From: Fimbriimonadia bacterium
GTDB lineage: Bacteria; Armatimonadota; Fimbriimonadia; Fimbriimonadales; JABRVX01
DNA length: 64,000 nt
Reading direction: 5' to 3'
Assembly (NCBI GenBank): GCA_041483895.1
Contig: JBGPGO010000001.1
Location: 416,001 to 480,000 of the forward strand
The number at the start of each line of letters is the position of its first letter. Position 1 is the first letter of the stretch. The notes beneath the pieces are model-generated. The model saw only the letters and a list, made by a program, of their open reading frames with translations. It was not told the DNA's origin and made no database searches. Shown here one piece after another: positions 1 through 9,113 of the stretch. A program made the position numbers and the translations under genes.

Positions 1-32
1 CAGTAGTCTCGCCTGACGTCATCCGCTACTCA

Positions 33-269
33 TCAATAAAGGAAATCATTCCAAGAAGAAATCCCTAGCTCCTGCCATGCTTGTAACTCTTGCTGAAGTT
101 CTGCGCTCGGCGGATCGTCGGACAAGGGAATCAGCAAAACACCGTAGCGCGTTCCGATGACCCGCACCAACTGCTCGGGGGCGAAGCCGTAACGCTCCTT
201 GAGGTCCCGCGGCAGGTTGATTTCGCCTTGCCGTCCCACCGTGATACTTTCAATCGGTTTGGATGCCAC
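33..269 (-). CDS. AbrB/MazE/SpoVT-family DNA-binding protein (probable antitoxin)
   Basis: N-terminal ITVGRQGEINLPRDLKERYGF matches the AbrB looped-hinge-helix pattern; GTG start with TACAAT 6 nt upstream. Confidence 0.75.
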   Translation of the reverse strand: MASKPIESITVGRQGEINLPRDLKERYGFAPEQLVRVIGTRYGVLLIPLSDDPPSAELQQELQAWQELGISSWNDFLY

Positions 270-367
270 TCTAGCATTGTACTCCAGTCCCAGACGGTTG
301 CCCGCTGGACGGTCCGTCAGGTAGCCTATTGTTGAATTGCCCCTGGGTGGACAACGTGAGGGGTTGA

Positions 368-1081
368 ATGAACCGAAGCAGAATTATTGTCGCGCTCGAT
401 ACCAGTTCCTTAAAAGACGCCGCGAACCTCGTCCGGACCCTTTCCGAGCAGATCACCACGTATAAGATCGGCCCGGCCCTCACGGTCTGCCATGGGCTTG
501 ACGTGATCGCCCGGCTGCGGGACGCCGGCGCGGAACGAATTTTCCTCGATCTGAAATTCCACGACATTCCCAACTCGGTCGCACTCGCCGTGTACGAGGC
601 CGCCAAGTACGGCGTCTGGATGCTGACCCTGCACACGAGCGGCGGTGCGGCGATGATGCGGTCCGCTGTGGAGGCCGCCGAAGATGCCGGGCCGTTGGAA
701 CGGCCATTCCTGGTAGGCGTGACCGTACTGACCAGCCTGTCGGACCGCATGCTGTCGGAAGAGCTGGGGGTCAATCGGACTGTTTTGGAGCATGTGGAGT
801 CATTGGCGAAACTGGCCCACACTTGCGGTCTGGACGGTGCGGTTTCGTCTGTTCGCGAGGCCTCCCATTTGCGGGCCACGTTCGGGCCGGACTTTCTCCT
901 GGTCTGCCCTGGGGTGCGGCATCCGGGGGCCGATACGCACGATCACGAGCGGACCGCGACGGCATCCGAGGCCTTTGCGGCTGGCGCCAGCTACGTGGTC
1001 GTCGGCCGCGCCCTCACAGCCAGCCGGGACCCGGTCCAGGCGCTGGAACAGATGCTGGATGACCCTGCCCAGCCGGTATAG
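368..1081 (+). CDS. pyrF: Orotidine-5'-phosphate decarboxylase
   Basis: IIVALD, FLDLKFHDIPNSV active-site motif, VTVLTS, PGVR, VVGR. Confidence 0.97.
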   Translation: MNRSRIIVALDTSSLKDAANLVRTLSEQITTYKIGPALTVCHGLDVIARLRDAGAERIFLDLKFHDIPNSVALAVYEAAKYGVWMLTLHTSGGAAMMRSAVEAAEDAGPLERPFLVGVTVLTSLSDRMLSEELGVNRTVLEHVESLAKLAHTCGLDGAVSSVREASHLRATFGPDFLLVCPGVRHPGADTHDHERTATASEAFAAGASYVVVGRALTASRDPVQALEQMLDDPAQPV

Positions 1082-1115
1082 GACGTATAGGTCGTATATG
1101 TCTTATACGTCCTAT
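1078..1115. repeat. Palindromic REP-like element built of ~9-nt ATAGGACGT-type units
   Basis: ataggacgtataggtcgtatatgtcttatacgtcctat is nearly self-complementary; second copy at 3504-3541. Confidence 0.75.
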
Positions 1116-1140
1116 GGGTCGTATGGGCCAGAATCCCCTC

Positions 1141-3477
1141 ATGGACTCCCACGCCCTGCGGGTGATCGACTTCCCTGCCGTGTTGGAGCTGCTTGCCGCC
1201 CGGTGCGATACTGAGCAGGCGGCGGCCTCTGCCCGGACGCAGGAGCCGAGCGCGGAGCGAACGATTGTACAGCGGGGATTGAGGGAAACCGGCGAGGCGA
1301 GGCGGCTGATCGACACCCAAGTGATCCCATCCTTGGCCTCCCTGCGTGATGTCGCCAAGGCGGTCGACGCGGCCTCGAAAGGCATGACCCTGCCCGGCGA
1401 AGGCCTCTTCGCGGTCTATGAGAGCCTCGCCGCCGGCCGCCAGATGCACGCCTTCCTCGTCCACCGGACAGAGCCCTGCCCCCTGCTAGCCGACCGCGCC
1501 GGCCTCATCACCCCTTTACCGGGCCTGGAAAAACGGCTGCGTGACACGTTGGAGCCGGATGGGTTCGTCAAAGATTCAGCCAGTTCAGAGCTTGCGCGCT
1601 TGCGAACCCGGAAGAATGTGCTTGCCAACCGGGTCGGCGAACGGATGCAGGCCCTAAGCAACCGCCACCGGGAGGCCCTCTCCGACACTATCGTCACCCA
1701 GCGCTCCGGACGTTGGTGCCTGCCGGTTCGTACCGACCACAAGGGCAAAGTCAAAGGCATCGTCCACGACGTGAGCGCCAGCGGGCAGACCGTGTTCGTA
1801 GAGCCGGAAGAGATCGTGGCCATCGGAAACGAGATTCGCGAGGTGGAGGCGGCGGAGCGGCATGAAGTGGAACGCATTCTCGGGGAACTGTCCGCGGAAG
1901 TTGGGACGCATTCGGAAGAGATCGCGGCGAACGGCGACGCCTGCCTGCACCTGGACCTGATCTTCGCGAAGGGTCGCCTCTCCGCGGACCTTGGCTGCGT
2001 CGAACCAGAGCTGAAAGATACGCCGCAACTGATCGTCCGCCGCGGTCGCCATCCGCTCATTCACGCTGACGCGGTCGTCCCAATCGATCTGGAGATCGGA
2101 AAATCGTTCCAATGCCTGCTGATAACAGGACCCAACACGGGCGGAAAGACAGCGGCGCTAAAGTTCGCGGGTCTCTGCGTAGCGATGGCCCAATGCGGAA
2201 TGCATCTCCCCGCCACGGATGCCTCGCTCGGTGTGTTCAGCCAACTATGGGCCGATATCGGCGATGAGCAGAGCTTGCAGCAGTCCCTATCCACTTTTTC
2301 CGCCCATCTCAAGAACATTCAACGAATGCTGGTTGGTGTCAAGTCGGGGGCGCTGGTTCTGCTGGACGAAGTGGGCGCGGGAACCGATCCGGCGGAGGGT
2401 TCGGCTTTGGCAAAGGCCATTCTGTCGCGGCTCGTGGCGACGGGCGCATGCATCATCTGCACGACCCATTACGGCGAGCTGAAAGCCTATGCCTATAACA
2501 CATCCGGCATCCAAAACGCCGCGGTGGAGTTTGACGTACAGACCCTCGGTCCGACGTACCGGCTGATCATCGGCGTGCCCGGCGCTAGCCACGCTCTCAC
2601 CATCGCGCAGCGATTTGGAATACCCGACGACGTGCTGGCGGAGGCTCGGTCGGGCTTGAGCGAGGCGCAACAAGACGTTGCCAAGATGATGGGGAAGTTG
2701 GAGCAGGCCCGAAAGGATGCCGAAGCCGCGCTGGACGATGCGCTGCGCCAAGCGAAAGAGCTGAAAAAAGAGCGGATGGAATTGGCGAACAAGATCGAAG
2801 AGGTAGAGGAGCGGCGTCTGAAGGCGCGGGAGAATGTGCGCGATGAGATCGACGAAGTTCGGCGTCAGATTCGTGACGAGGCCGACCGGCTGTTTGCGGA
2901 GTTGAAGGGCCGAAAGGGGCACGATGTTCAGGACCTGAAAGAGGAGCTCAAGGCGCTGGACGAGGTATCGCGCGAGTTTGTGGAAGAGATCGCCCCGACG
3001 CCGATCCGATCGCCCCGACCCACCAATCTGAAAAAGGGCGACACGGTGAAAATCGCCGGATATTCGCAGACCGGCCGGCTGCTGGCCGATCCGGCGGATG
3101 GCAAGGCCCATGTGCTGGTGGGGGCGCTGAAGATGACGGTTGATGCTGCGGACCTGTCGGTGGCGGAGGTTGCGCCACCCAAGCGGCTGGCGGGAAAGAG
3201 CACGCGGCTGCAGTTGGACCGGGCCTTTGAGATATCGCCGGAGGTGCATCTACGGCTGATGCCCGCCGATGAGGCGATGCAGAAGTTGGACCGATACCTG
3301 GACGACGCGGTTCTCGCCGGGCTGGACACAGTGCGCGTTGTCCATGGCAAGGGGACGGGAACTTTGCGACGATTGTCCCATGAGATGCTGCGCTCGCACG
3401 GGGCGGTCAAATCCTTCCGCATGGCAACCATCACCGAAGGCGGCGGCGGCGTCACCATTGCCGAACTGAAACGATAG
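1141..3477 (+). CDS. mutS2: Endonuclease MutS2 (MutS ATPase + Smr domain)
   Basis: GIVHDVSASGQTVFVEP, ITGPNTGGKT, DIGDEQSLQQSLSTFS, LLDEVGAGTDP, C-terminal VVHGKGTG Smr; start moved to ATG 1141, after the repeat. Confidence 0.96.
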   Translation: MDSHALRVIDFPAVLELLAARCDTEQAAASARTQEPSAERTIVQRGLRETGEARRLIDTQVIPSLASLRDVAKAVDAASKGMTLPGEGLFAVYESLAAGRQMHAFLVHRTEPCPLLADRAGLITPLPGLEKRLRDTLEPDGFVKDSASSELARLRTRKNVLANRVGERMQALSNRHREALSDTIVTQRSGRWCLPVRTDHKGKVKGIVHDVSASGQTVFVEPEEIVAIGNEIREVEAAERHEVERILGELSAEVGTHSEEIAANGDACLHLDLIFAKGRLSADLGCVEPELKDTPQLIVRRGRHPLIHADAVVPIDLEIGKSFQCLLITGPNTGGKTAALKFAGLCVAMAQCGMHLPATDASLGVFSQLWADIGDEQSLQQSLSTFSAHLKNIQRMLVGVKSGALVLLDEVGAGTDPAEGSALAKAILSRLVATGACIICTTHYGELKAYAYNTSGIQNAAVEFDVQTLGPTYRLIIGVPGASHALTIAQRFGIPDDVLAEARSGLSEAQQDVAKMMGKLEQARKDAEAALDDALRQAKELKKERMELANKIEEVEERRLKARENVRDEIDEVRRQIRDEADRLFAELKGRKGHDVQDLKEELKALDEVSREFVEEIAPTPIRSPRPTNLKKGDTVKIAGYSQTGRLLADPADGKAHVLVGALKMTVDAADLSVAEVAPPKRLAGKSTRLQLDRAFEISPEVHLRLMPADEAMQKLDRYLDDAVLAGLDTVRVVHGKGTGTLRRLSHEMLRSHGAVKSFRMATITEGGGGVTIAELKR

Positions 3478-3503
3478 CGGTGGCGCCCTCCTCAATTGGG
3501 CAC

Positions 3504-3563
3504 ACAGGACTTATAGGTCGTATATGTCCTATATGTCCTATGCCGGCTGGAAGCCAGCGTTAC
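3504..3563. repeat. Two adjacent REP-like elements
   Basis: 3504-3541 resembles 1078-1115; 3542-3563 gccggctggaagccagcgttac is the exact reverse complement of 44269-44290. Confidence 0.75.
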
Positions 3564-3582
3564 GGGAAGGTACAGTATCGGC

Positions 3583-3954
3583 ATGCAGGACCTAATCGAT
3601 GCCGCGAGGGCAGCGAGGGCAAACGCCTATTGCCCCTACTCGAACTACCCCGTGGGGGCGGCGGTGCGGACGGAGGACGGGACGATTTTTGCCGGCTGCA
3701 ACGTGGAGAACGTCAGCTACGGCCTATCGATCTGCGCGGAGCGGAACGCCATCTTTGCCATGGTCGCTGGCGGCAGAAAGAAGCTGACCGAGTTGGTTGT
3801 GGTGACTCGCGACGGCGGATTTCCGTGTGGCGCCTGCCTGCAAGTTATTTCCGAATTTGCCGCACCACACGCCAAGATTCATTTGGTCGATGACAGCGGT
3901 TCGGCCACGACTTACGCCTTACCCGGCCTCCTGCCTCATCCGTTTAGAATCTAA
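3583..3954 (+). CDS. cdd: Cytidine deaminase
   Basis: AYCPYSNYPVGAA, GCNVEN, ICAERNA, PCGACLQ zinc motif. Confidence 0.96.
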   Translation: MQDLIDAARAARANAYCPYSNYPVGAAVRTEDGTIFAGCNVENVSYGLSICAERNAIFAMVAGGRKKLTELVVVTRDGGFPCGACLQVISEFAAPHAKIHLVDDSGSATTYALPGLLPHPFRI

Positions 3955-4231
3955 TTGGTTTGACTGGAAACAACTGCAAGGCAATTCTCGGTTGACGCGG
4001 CCAAATAAGGAATTTCGCAGCTTCGTAGGTTATTTCGCAACGGCCATCACCAATTATTAGCGTCCTTAGGCGAGAATTCGACAGGAAATCGATATCGCGC
4101 TCATTCCAGGGCGCCATCACGTAATTGCTCTCATAGAAGTCCATACAGTGGACTGAAGTTGCAGAATCCATGGAGATCGCTTCAGCATTGATGACGAGTG
4201 CAGCAAAGATTGTGCCTACCACCGCCAACAT
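3944..4231 (-). CDS. Hypothetical protein with signal-peptide-like N-terminus
   Basis: MLAVVGTIFAALVINAEA start, overlapping the end of the upstream ORF. Confidence 0.35.
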   Translation of the reverse strand: MLAVVGTIFAALVINAEAISMDSATSVHCMDFYESNYVMAPWNERDIDFLSNSRLRTLIIGDGRCEITYEAAKFLIWPRQPRIALQLFPVKPIRF

Positions 4232-4584
4232 CGCCCAAAATGGATGACAGGTCGATAGCAGCCGCAATAGAACGTTCGATACCAGACGGTTGGATAAACG
4301 GGAAAGACGACGGGATTCCAAATGAGCGGAGAATAACTGAAGTTCCACGTCACTATCGGCGCGCTGAAATAGTAAAACCCTGGCCAATAGCCGGTCGAAT
4401 GGAACCTGTTGTGCCAGACCGAATGGCGCGCCAGCTCCCGATGCTCTGACGGCGGTTGGGCCACGGTGGTGGCCCGACTTTTCGCGGCTTCCAGATAGTA
4501 AACGGATGTGCGGGCGGAGCCTACGTCGCCCAAAGCGGCCTGAGCCGCTATGAAGAGGCCGGCGAAGCAGACAAATCGCAACAT
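4216..4584 (-). CDS. Hypothetical secreted protein with aromatic/Pro-rich C-terminus
   Basis: GGAGG SD; signal peptide MLRFVCFAGLFIAAQAALG; W/Y/F-rich tail. Confidence 0.55.
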   Translation of the reverse strand: MLRFVCFAGLFIAAQAALGDVGSARTSVYYLEAAKSRATTVAQPPSEHRELARHSVWHNRFHSTGYWPGFYYFSAPIVTWNFSYSPLIWNPVVFPVYPTVWYRTFYCGCYRPVIHFGRCWRW

Positions 4585-4685
4585 GAACACACCTCCAAAG
4601 GTCCTACTGATCTTTCGACGTTTAGACTATTCAACGGTTTTGCACAAGGTATCCTGCAACTATTCTTTTTTGCAGGGAGGAAGAC

Positions 4686-5162
4686 ATGACAGCAATTGAA
4701 TGGCATGCAGGGCTGCTTCAGCGGGCGGCGCTGTTCTTGGCCCACGCCGTGGAGAAGACACCGCCCGATAAACTGAACTGGCGACCGTGCCCGGAAGGCG
4801 ACGATCCGAACACTCGAACGCCGCTGCACCAGCTTGCCGAATGTGCCACAGTGAACCGCAGATTTGCAGCGTTATTCCGTGGCGAGACGGTTGAAGGGCC
4901 GCTACAGTTTGAGGCGTACAAGAGCGCCGATCAGGGCCGATCCGACCTGAAGGCCAGCGCAAACGAGTTGGCTGCCGCGATTAAGGATGCGGGAGACGGC
5001 GTGTTCGACAAGAAGTACAAGACCAGCTTCGGGGAGATGCCTGGTTCCGTGCTGATGGAGATTTCGTTGAGCAACATGCACTACCACTCGGGCCAAATCT
5101 GCCAGAACCAGTTGATGTATGGCGACACGGTGTTCCATATCCCGCCGGAGTTTATGAGCTAA
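4686..5162 (+). CDS. DinB/YfiT-family protein
   Basis: KLNWRP...RTPLHQLAE and NMHYHSGQI motifs; GGAGG SD. Confidence 0.85.
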   Translation: MTAIEWHAGLLQRAALFLAHAVEKTPPDKLNWRPCPEGDDPNTRTPLHQLAECATVNRRFAALFRGETVEGPLQFEAYKSADQGRSDLKASANELAAAIKDAGDGVFDKKYKTSFGEMPGSVLMEISLSNMHYHSGQICQNQLMYGDTVFHIPPEFMS

Positions 5163-5168
5163 CCGGAA

Positions 5169-5194
5169 GACCCCCGGCCGATTTGGTCGGGGGT
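5169..5194. terminator. Hairpin between convergent genes
   Basis: gacccccggccga-tt-tggtcgggggtc stem-loop. Confidence 0.6.
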
Positions 5195-5236
5195 CCTGCA
5201 TTTACCGCGGAGGAGATTCAAGTGACCGGGAAGCGC

Positions 5237-5791
5237 TTACGAATTTTTTCGGCGTCGGAATAGTAACGGAACGGCAATGCCAAGCGCAGCGAATGTGCCG
5301 GGCTCCGGTACCGATTGGAAAGAAAGGTCGTCGATTGTGAAGGCTGTATCTTGCATGTCGTCAACGACAACCTTATGGATGCCGCCGGCGAAGCTCAACC
5401 AGCCATCACCGATGAGCTGCTGGTAATCGATCTGGACGCCGTTGATATCATAAGCCCAGGCCTGGAGCATGTCGGTTTCCAGACCGTTGCCCGGACCGAA
5501 GTGGTTATAGAACTGAACAGTATTGGAAATGGCGTCAATCGACGAATCGCCCGGCGCGCAGAATGTAATTACCAGCGGAGAATACCAATCGCCCGACGTC
5601 AAAATTTCTGTGATACCAAAGCCGGATCCGTAATCGTATACCTGTGCTCCGGCGGGTCCGCCAAAGTAGACCCCGTTTGCCAGGTATTCGTAGCCGGTAA
5701 TCGCGCCGGATGGAATTCCTTCGAAGTCCAATGTGGTCGCGAAGGAAGCGGTTGCGACGATCGATGCGGTGAGTGCGAATAGTTTCTTCAA
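5237..5791 (-). CDS. PEP-CTERM sorting domain protein
   Basis: Signal peptide; C-terminal VPEPGTFAALGIAVPLLFRRRK. Confidence 0.93.
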   Translation of the reverse strand: MKKLFALTASIVATASFATTLDFEGIPSGAITGYEYLANGVYFGGPAGAQVYDYGSGFGITEILTSGDWYSPLVITFCAPGDSSIDAISNTVQFYNHFGPGNGLETDMLQAWAYDINGVQIDYQQLIGDGWLSFAGGIHKVVVDDMQDTAFTIDDLSFQSVPEPGTFAALGIAVPLLFRRRKNS

Positions 5792-5825
5792 GTGCGCCTG
5801 CCTCCCTTAGGGTTTTCTAAGGAAC

Positions 5826-5841
5826 GGCAATCGGCGTGCCG
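5826..5841 (-). promoter_or_regulatory. Putative sigma54 (-24/-12) promoter of the PEP-CTERM gene
   Basis: Minus strand CGGCACGCCGATTGCC = GG-N10-GC with GGCAC and TTGC. Confidence 0.7.
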
Positions 5842-5880
5842 TCAGACCCTGCTGCATTGGAACCTGGCATTTATTCGGTA

Positions 5881-6384
5881 TTACTGGTACGGCAGCATGG
5901 CTTCGTCAATTGCCGGCGCATTCGTCTTGATAGAAGCAAGCGCCAGAATCTTGATATCCGGGTCACTCGGCAAGATTAAGGTTGTCGTTCCCTTAGGCAC
6001 CATAATATCATACTTAAATAGGTAGCAATCGATGTAAAGATCATTTCCACCGGTTTTGTCGTGCCGATGCGTGGCCAGCCAGCCGACCGGGACCCGCTTT
6101 ACATTGGGCGAAGAAAACTTTGCGGGGTCGGTCTGCGGTTCCCCATTAACGATCATGTTGCGGAATGAGCCTTCGAAGTTGAAGACGTAATCGGGGTATT
6201 GGTCGAAGAAAGCGAAATTGGCGTTGAGGGTTTTGGGCAGGTGGTCGCGGATGGTGTCCTGGATGGTCCAGAGCCAGTTGGTGTCCAGGTGCGCGGTGGC
6301 GACGGTGTGGACGGTGTTGTTCTTGGGCAGGTCAATCTTGGGAGATTGTGCGGCGATGATCGAGGCGAGGATGAGAGATAACAT
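5881..6384 (-). pseudogene. Internally deleted GH38 alpha-mannosidase (N- and C-terminal ends fused in frame)
   Basis: AHLDTNWLWT..YPDYVFNFEGS is the GH38 N-terminal motif, joined to a VGWLATHRH..YLFKY..LILP..IKILA C-terminal segment; only ~167 aa. Confidence 0.75.
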
Positions 6385-6616
6385 GGGTTGCTCCAATAGC
6401 TTGTTCGAATACTGATCCTGTTCGACTGCCTCCCATTGCTTCCTGCAGGGCTGTCGTGCGGTACGATGGAATCTGGACCGAGTTGGTCAGTCAGTTCATG
6501 CTTTTCGCCGGATTCTTAGCTTTCTTTCTTGTCAAGGGAATAGATTCGTAGATTTTCGGAGTCATCTATGGGAGGGCAAGAAAGCCGTGAAATTCGGCAG
6601 TAACGGAGGATTGTGA

Positions 6617-7990
6617 ATGGTTATTACCCCAAAGGCGGTAATTAGCATTTGGATTGGCTTGCTTTGCCAGATTACTTGGGCACAGCAACAGTGGCATCAT
6701 CAGTTGCTCCAAGAAGGATTCCTCGGCGCATCCAATGCGGAGAATACGGGAGCATACGTAAATCGCGCGGGCCAGCCGGCTTACAATCTAAACTTTCAAG
6801 GCAGCAACAATGTCGATGTATACCGAAATCTCGAGAACTTGACCGCGTGGCTCGGACCGCAAAGAGTTGCGGATTGCTTGGGCATCAATGACAAAGGACA
6901 AGTGGCGTATGCAGCCTTTACAAGTGGACCGCACTTTACGATCTATACCGACCATCATGACTGGAGCAGTTCGGTTCTCAATCCGAACGTGATCTATCAG
7001 TATTTTCGAGGTGGAATTGATGCATCTGGCCAACCGCTTTGGAAGGTATCGGAAAGTAGCTCAGGAAAACTCAGCCTCCATCTCTTCCTTGGTTCTCAGC
7101 CTATTTCGGACTCAATCCTCACCGGTACAGTGAGTATAACTTCCCAACACGTGAATCGGAATGGCGATGTAGCGTGGGGGGCGTCAGCTAATGAGACTAA
7201 CGGAATATCACAGGTATTTTTCAACCAGACAGCATATTCGGCAAGTATCGTCGGTCCGAACGTTGCCGCTTCTCCGATTGGCTTGAGTGACGCTGGCGAC
7301 ATCTATTGGACTGCGAGAATCAATGGCATTGATCACATCTTCATCAACTCATTTGACTTCACGAATTCCGTATATGGAGCCGATGGAATCGATCACAAAT
7401 GCCTTACTCGAGGTGTGAGCAGCGACGGCGCCTTGCTGTGGTACACCGGGAACGGTTTGACGTCTAACCCGCTCAACGGACTATTCGTCAACAATCGAAA
7501 TATCTCGTATGAAGCTTTTGGCACCCAGACACTGCAGCAACGAGAGGCCCTGCAGGTCGCCAATAACGGCCATGCCTATTGGGACGCTCAGCTGCCAAAC
7601 TGGACCCATGCACACCTTATGGTCGATACCAGGGATGTATCTTTCGAAGCGCTTGGCGACAACGTCATTCCTGATGCTTATCGATCGGGAATCGATGATT
7701 CTGGACACCTTATGTGGACGGTGCGAGATGGCTACCTGGGAAGCAAGAATCGCGTTTATGTTGACGACTTCGCTCTTTCGGACGACGCATTAGGAACCAA
7801 TGCGGGAAAATTCAACAGTCAAGGCATCCAGATAGGTCCAAACGGACAAGTGATGTGGGTGGCATGGGATCCCAATCACTTAGACAACCGGCTTTATCTA
7901 TCCACAGCAGTGCCCGAGCCAACCCTTGCAGCTGGCTTACTGCCGTTGCTCCTGCTTTGGCGCAGGAGGAGAACCCTCAGTCAGTCTTAG
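6617..7990 (+). CDS. PEP-CTERM protein with ~45-aa internal repeats (possible beta-propeller)
   Basis: Signal peptide, repeated G(I/V)xxxG..W units, VPEPTLAAGLLPLLLLWRRRR; AT-richer than flanks. Confidence 0.88.
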   Translation: MVITPKAVISIWIGLLCQITWAQQQWHHQLLQEGFLGASNAENTGAYVNRAGQPAYNLNFQGSNNVDVYRNLENLTAWLGPQRVADCLGINDKGQVAYAAFTSGPHFTIYTDHHDWSSSVLNPNVIYQYFRGGIDASGQPLWKVSESSSGKLSLHLFLGSQPISDSILTGTVSITSQHVNRNGDVAWGASANETNGISQVFFNQTAYSASIVGPNVAASPIGLSDAGDIYWTARINGIDHIFINSFDFTNSVYGADGIDHKCLTRGVSSDGALLWYTGNGLTSNPLNGLFVNNRNISYEAFGTQTLQQREALQVANNGHAYWDAQLPNWTHAHLMVDTRDVSFEALGDNVIPDAYRSGIDDSGHLMWTVRDGYLGSKNRVYVDDFALSDDALGTNAGKFNSQGIQIGPNGQVMWVAWDPNHLDNRLYLSTAVPEPTLAAGLLPLLLLWRRRRTLSQS

Positions 7991-9113
7991 CGGAAAGTAG
8001 CACGTCCACAAGCGCCGAAATCCCTTCGCCTGTGGCGGAGATGGTTTTGATAATCGGCACGTCCTTCAATATCTCTTGCCGGATTTGGGCCATCAGCTTG
8101 TCCGCGCCAGGGAGGTCGGCTTTGTTGACAACGAACACCTGCGCTATCTCCGTGATGCCCGCCTTTTGCAACTGCAGATCGTCCCCCGCGCCGGGCATCA
8201 TCATCAAGACCACGGTGGCGGCCACCTTCCGCACTTCCACGTCGTTCTGCCCAGCGCCGACGGTCTCGACGAACAGCGCGTCGAAGCCGGACGCGTCCAT
8301 GGCGCGCAGCATTGCTCCGGTCATCGGGGCAATGCCGCCCATCGCGCCACGGCTGGCCGACGAACGGATGAAGACACAAGGATCCTCGGCGATGCCGGTC
8401 ATGCGCGCGCGGTCGCCGAGCAGCGCGCCGCCGGTGATCGGGCTAGCCGGGTCCACCGCCACCACGCCGATGCTCTTTCCACGATGCCGAATCTCTCGGA
8501 GCACCTGCGCGATGAGTGTGCTCTTGCCAACTCCCGGCGCGCCCGTGATCCCGATGCATGGCGCTTTTGTCGGCCCGCTGCCCAACATCGATTCGATTTC
8601 TGTTTGCGATGAGTCTGATTCGATCCAGGAGAGCACCCGGCCCAGTGCGGACCGATCTCCGGTTTCCGACGCGGCAAACCATTCTTGGATTCCACCGCTT
8701 TCGGGTAGGCGCGCCGGTTTGCCATTTCGCACCGCGACGCGCTTGATCGTCTCCACCACCTCATCCAGCGAGTGCTCCGGCCCAAACATCGCGGCAATTC
8801 CGGTGGCCTTCAGCGTCTCGACATCTTCCGGCGGGATGATGCCGCCGATCACAATGGGAACATGCGACCGGCCGTGCCGCGCCATCTCCTCCTGCACCAA
8901 TGGCACGAGGGTGTTGTGCGCGGCGGAATGCAGGCTGAGACCCAGCACGTCCACGTCCTCTTCCATCGCCGCCTTGGCCGCCGCTGCGGGTGTCTGCCAT
9001 AGGCCCGTGTAAATCACTTCAATCCCTGCTTCGCGCAGGCATCTTGTCAGTACTTTGACGCCGCGATCATGACCGTCCAGACCGACTTTTGCCAGCACCA
9101 TACGCGCTACCAA
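7977..9113 (-). CDS. Fusion of cobalamin-binding mutase small subunit and MeaB/MeaI GTPase chaperone
   Basis: N-terminal GLDGHDRG (DxHxxG); C-terminal GITGAPGVGKST, VDPASPITGGALLGDRARM, ETVGAGQ, NKAD. Confidence 0.92.
   Translation of the reverse strand: MVARMVLAKVGLDGHDRGVKVLTRCLREAGIEVIYTGLWQTPAAAAKAAMEEDVDVLGLSLHSAAHNTLVPLVQEEMARHGRSHVPIVIGGIIPPEDVETLKATGIAAMFGPEHSLDEVVETIKRVAVRNGKPARLPESGGIQEWFAASETGDRSALGRVLSWIESDSSQTEIESMLGSGPTKAPCIGITGAPGVGKSTLIAQVLREIRHRGKSIGVVAVDPASPITGGALLGDRARMTGIAEDPCVFIRSSASRGAMGGIAPMTGAMLRAMDASGFDALFVETVGAGQNDVEVRKVAATVVLMMMPGAGDDLQLQKAGITEIAQVFVVNKADLPGADKLMAQIRQEILKDVPIIKTISATGEGISALVDVLLSAKTD

Noticed and set aside
1..22. Start of a toxin gene downstream of the AbrB-like gene
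   Set aside because: Only seven codons (MTSGETT) are visible before the window edge, so it cannot be supported.
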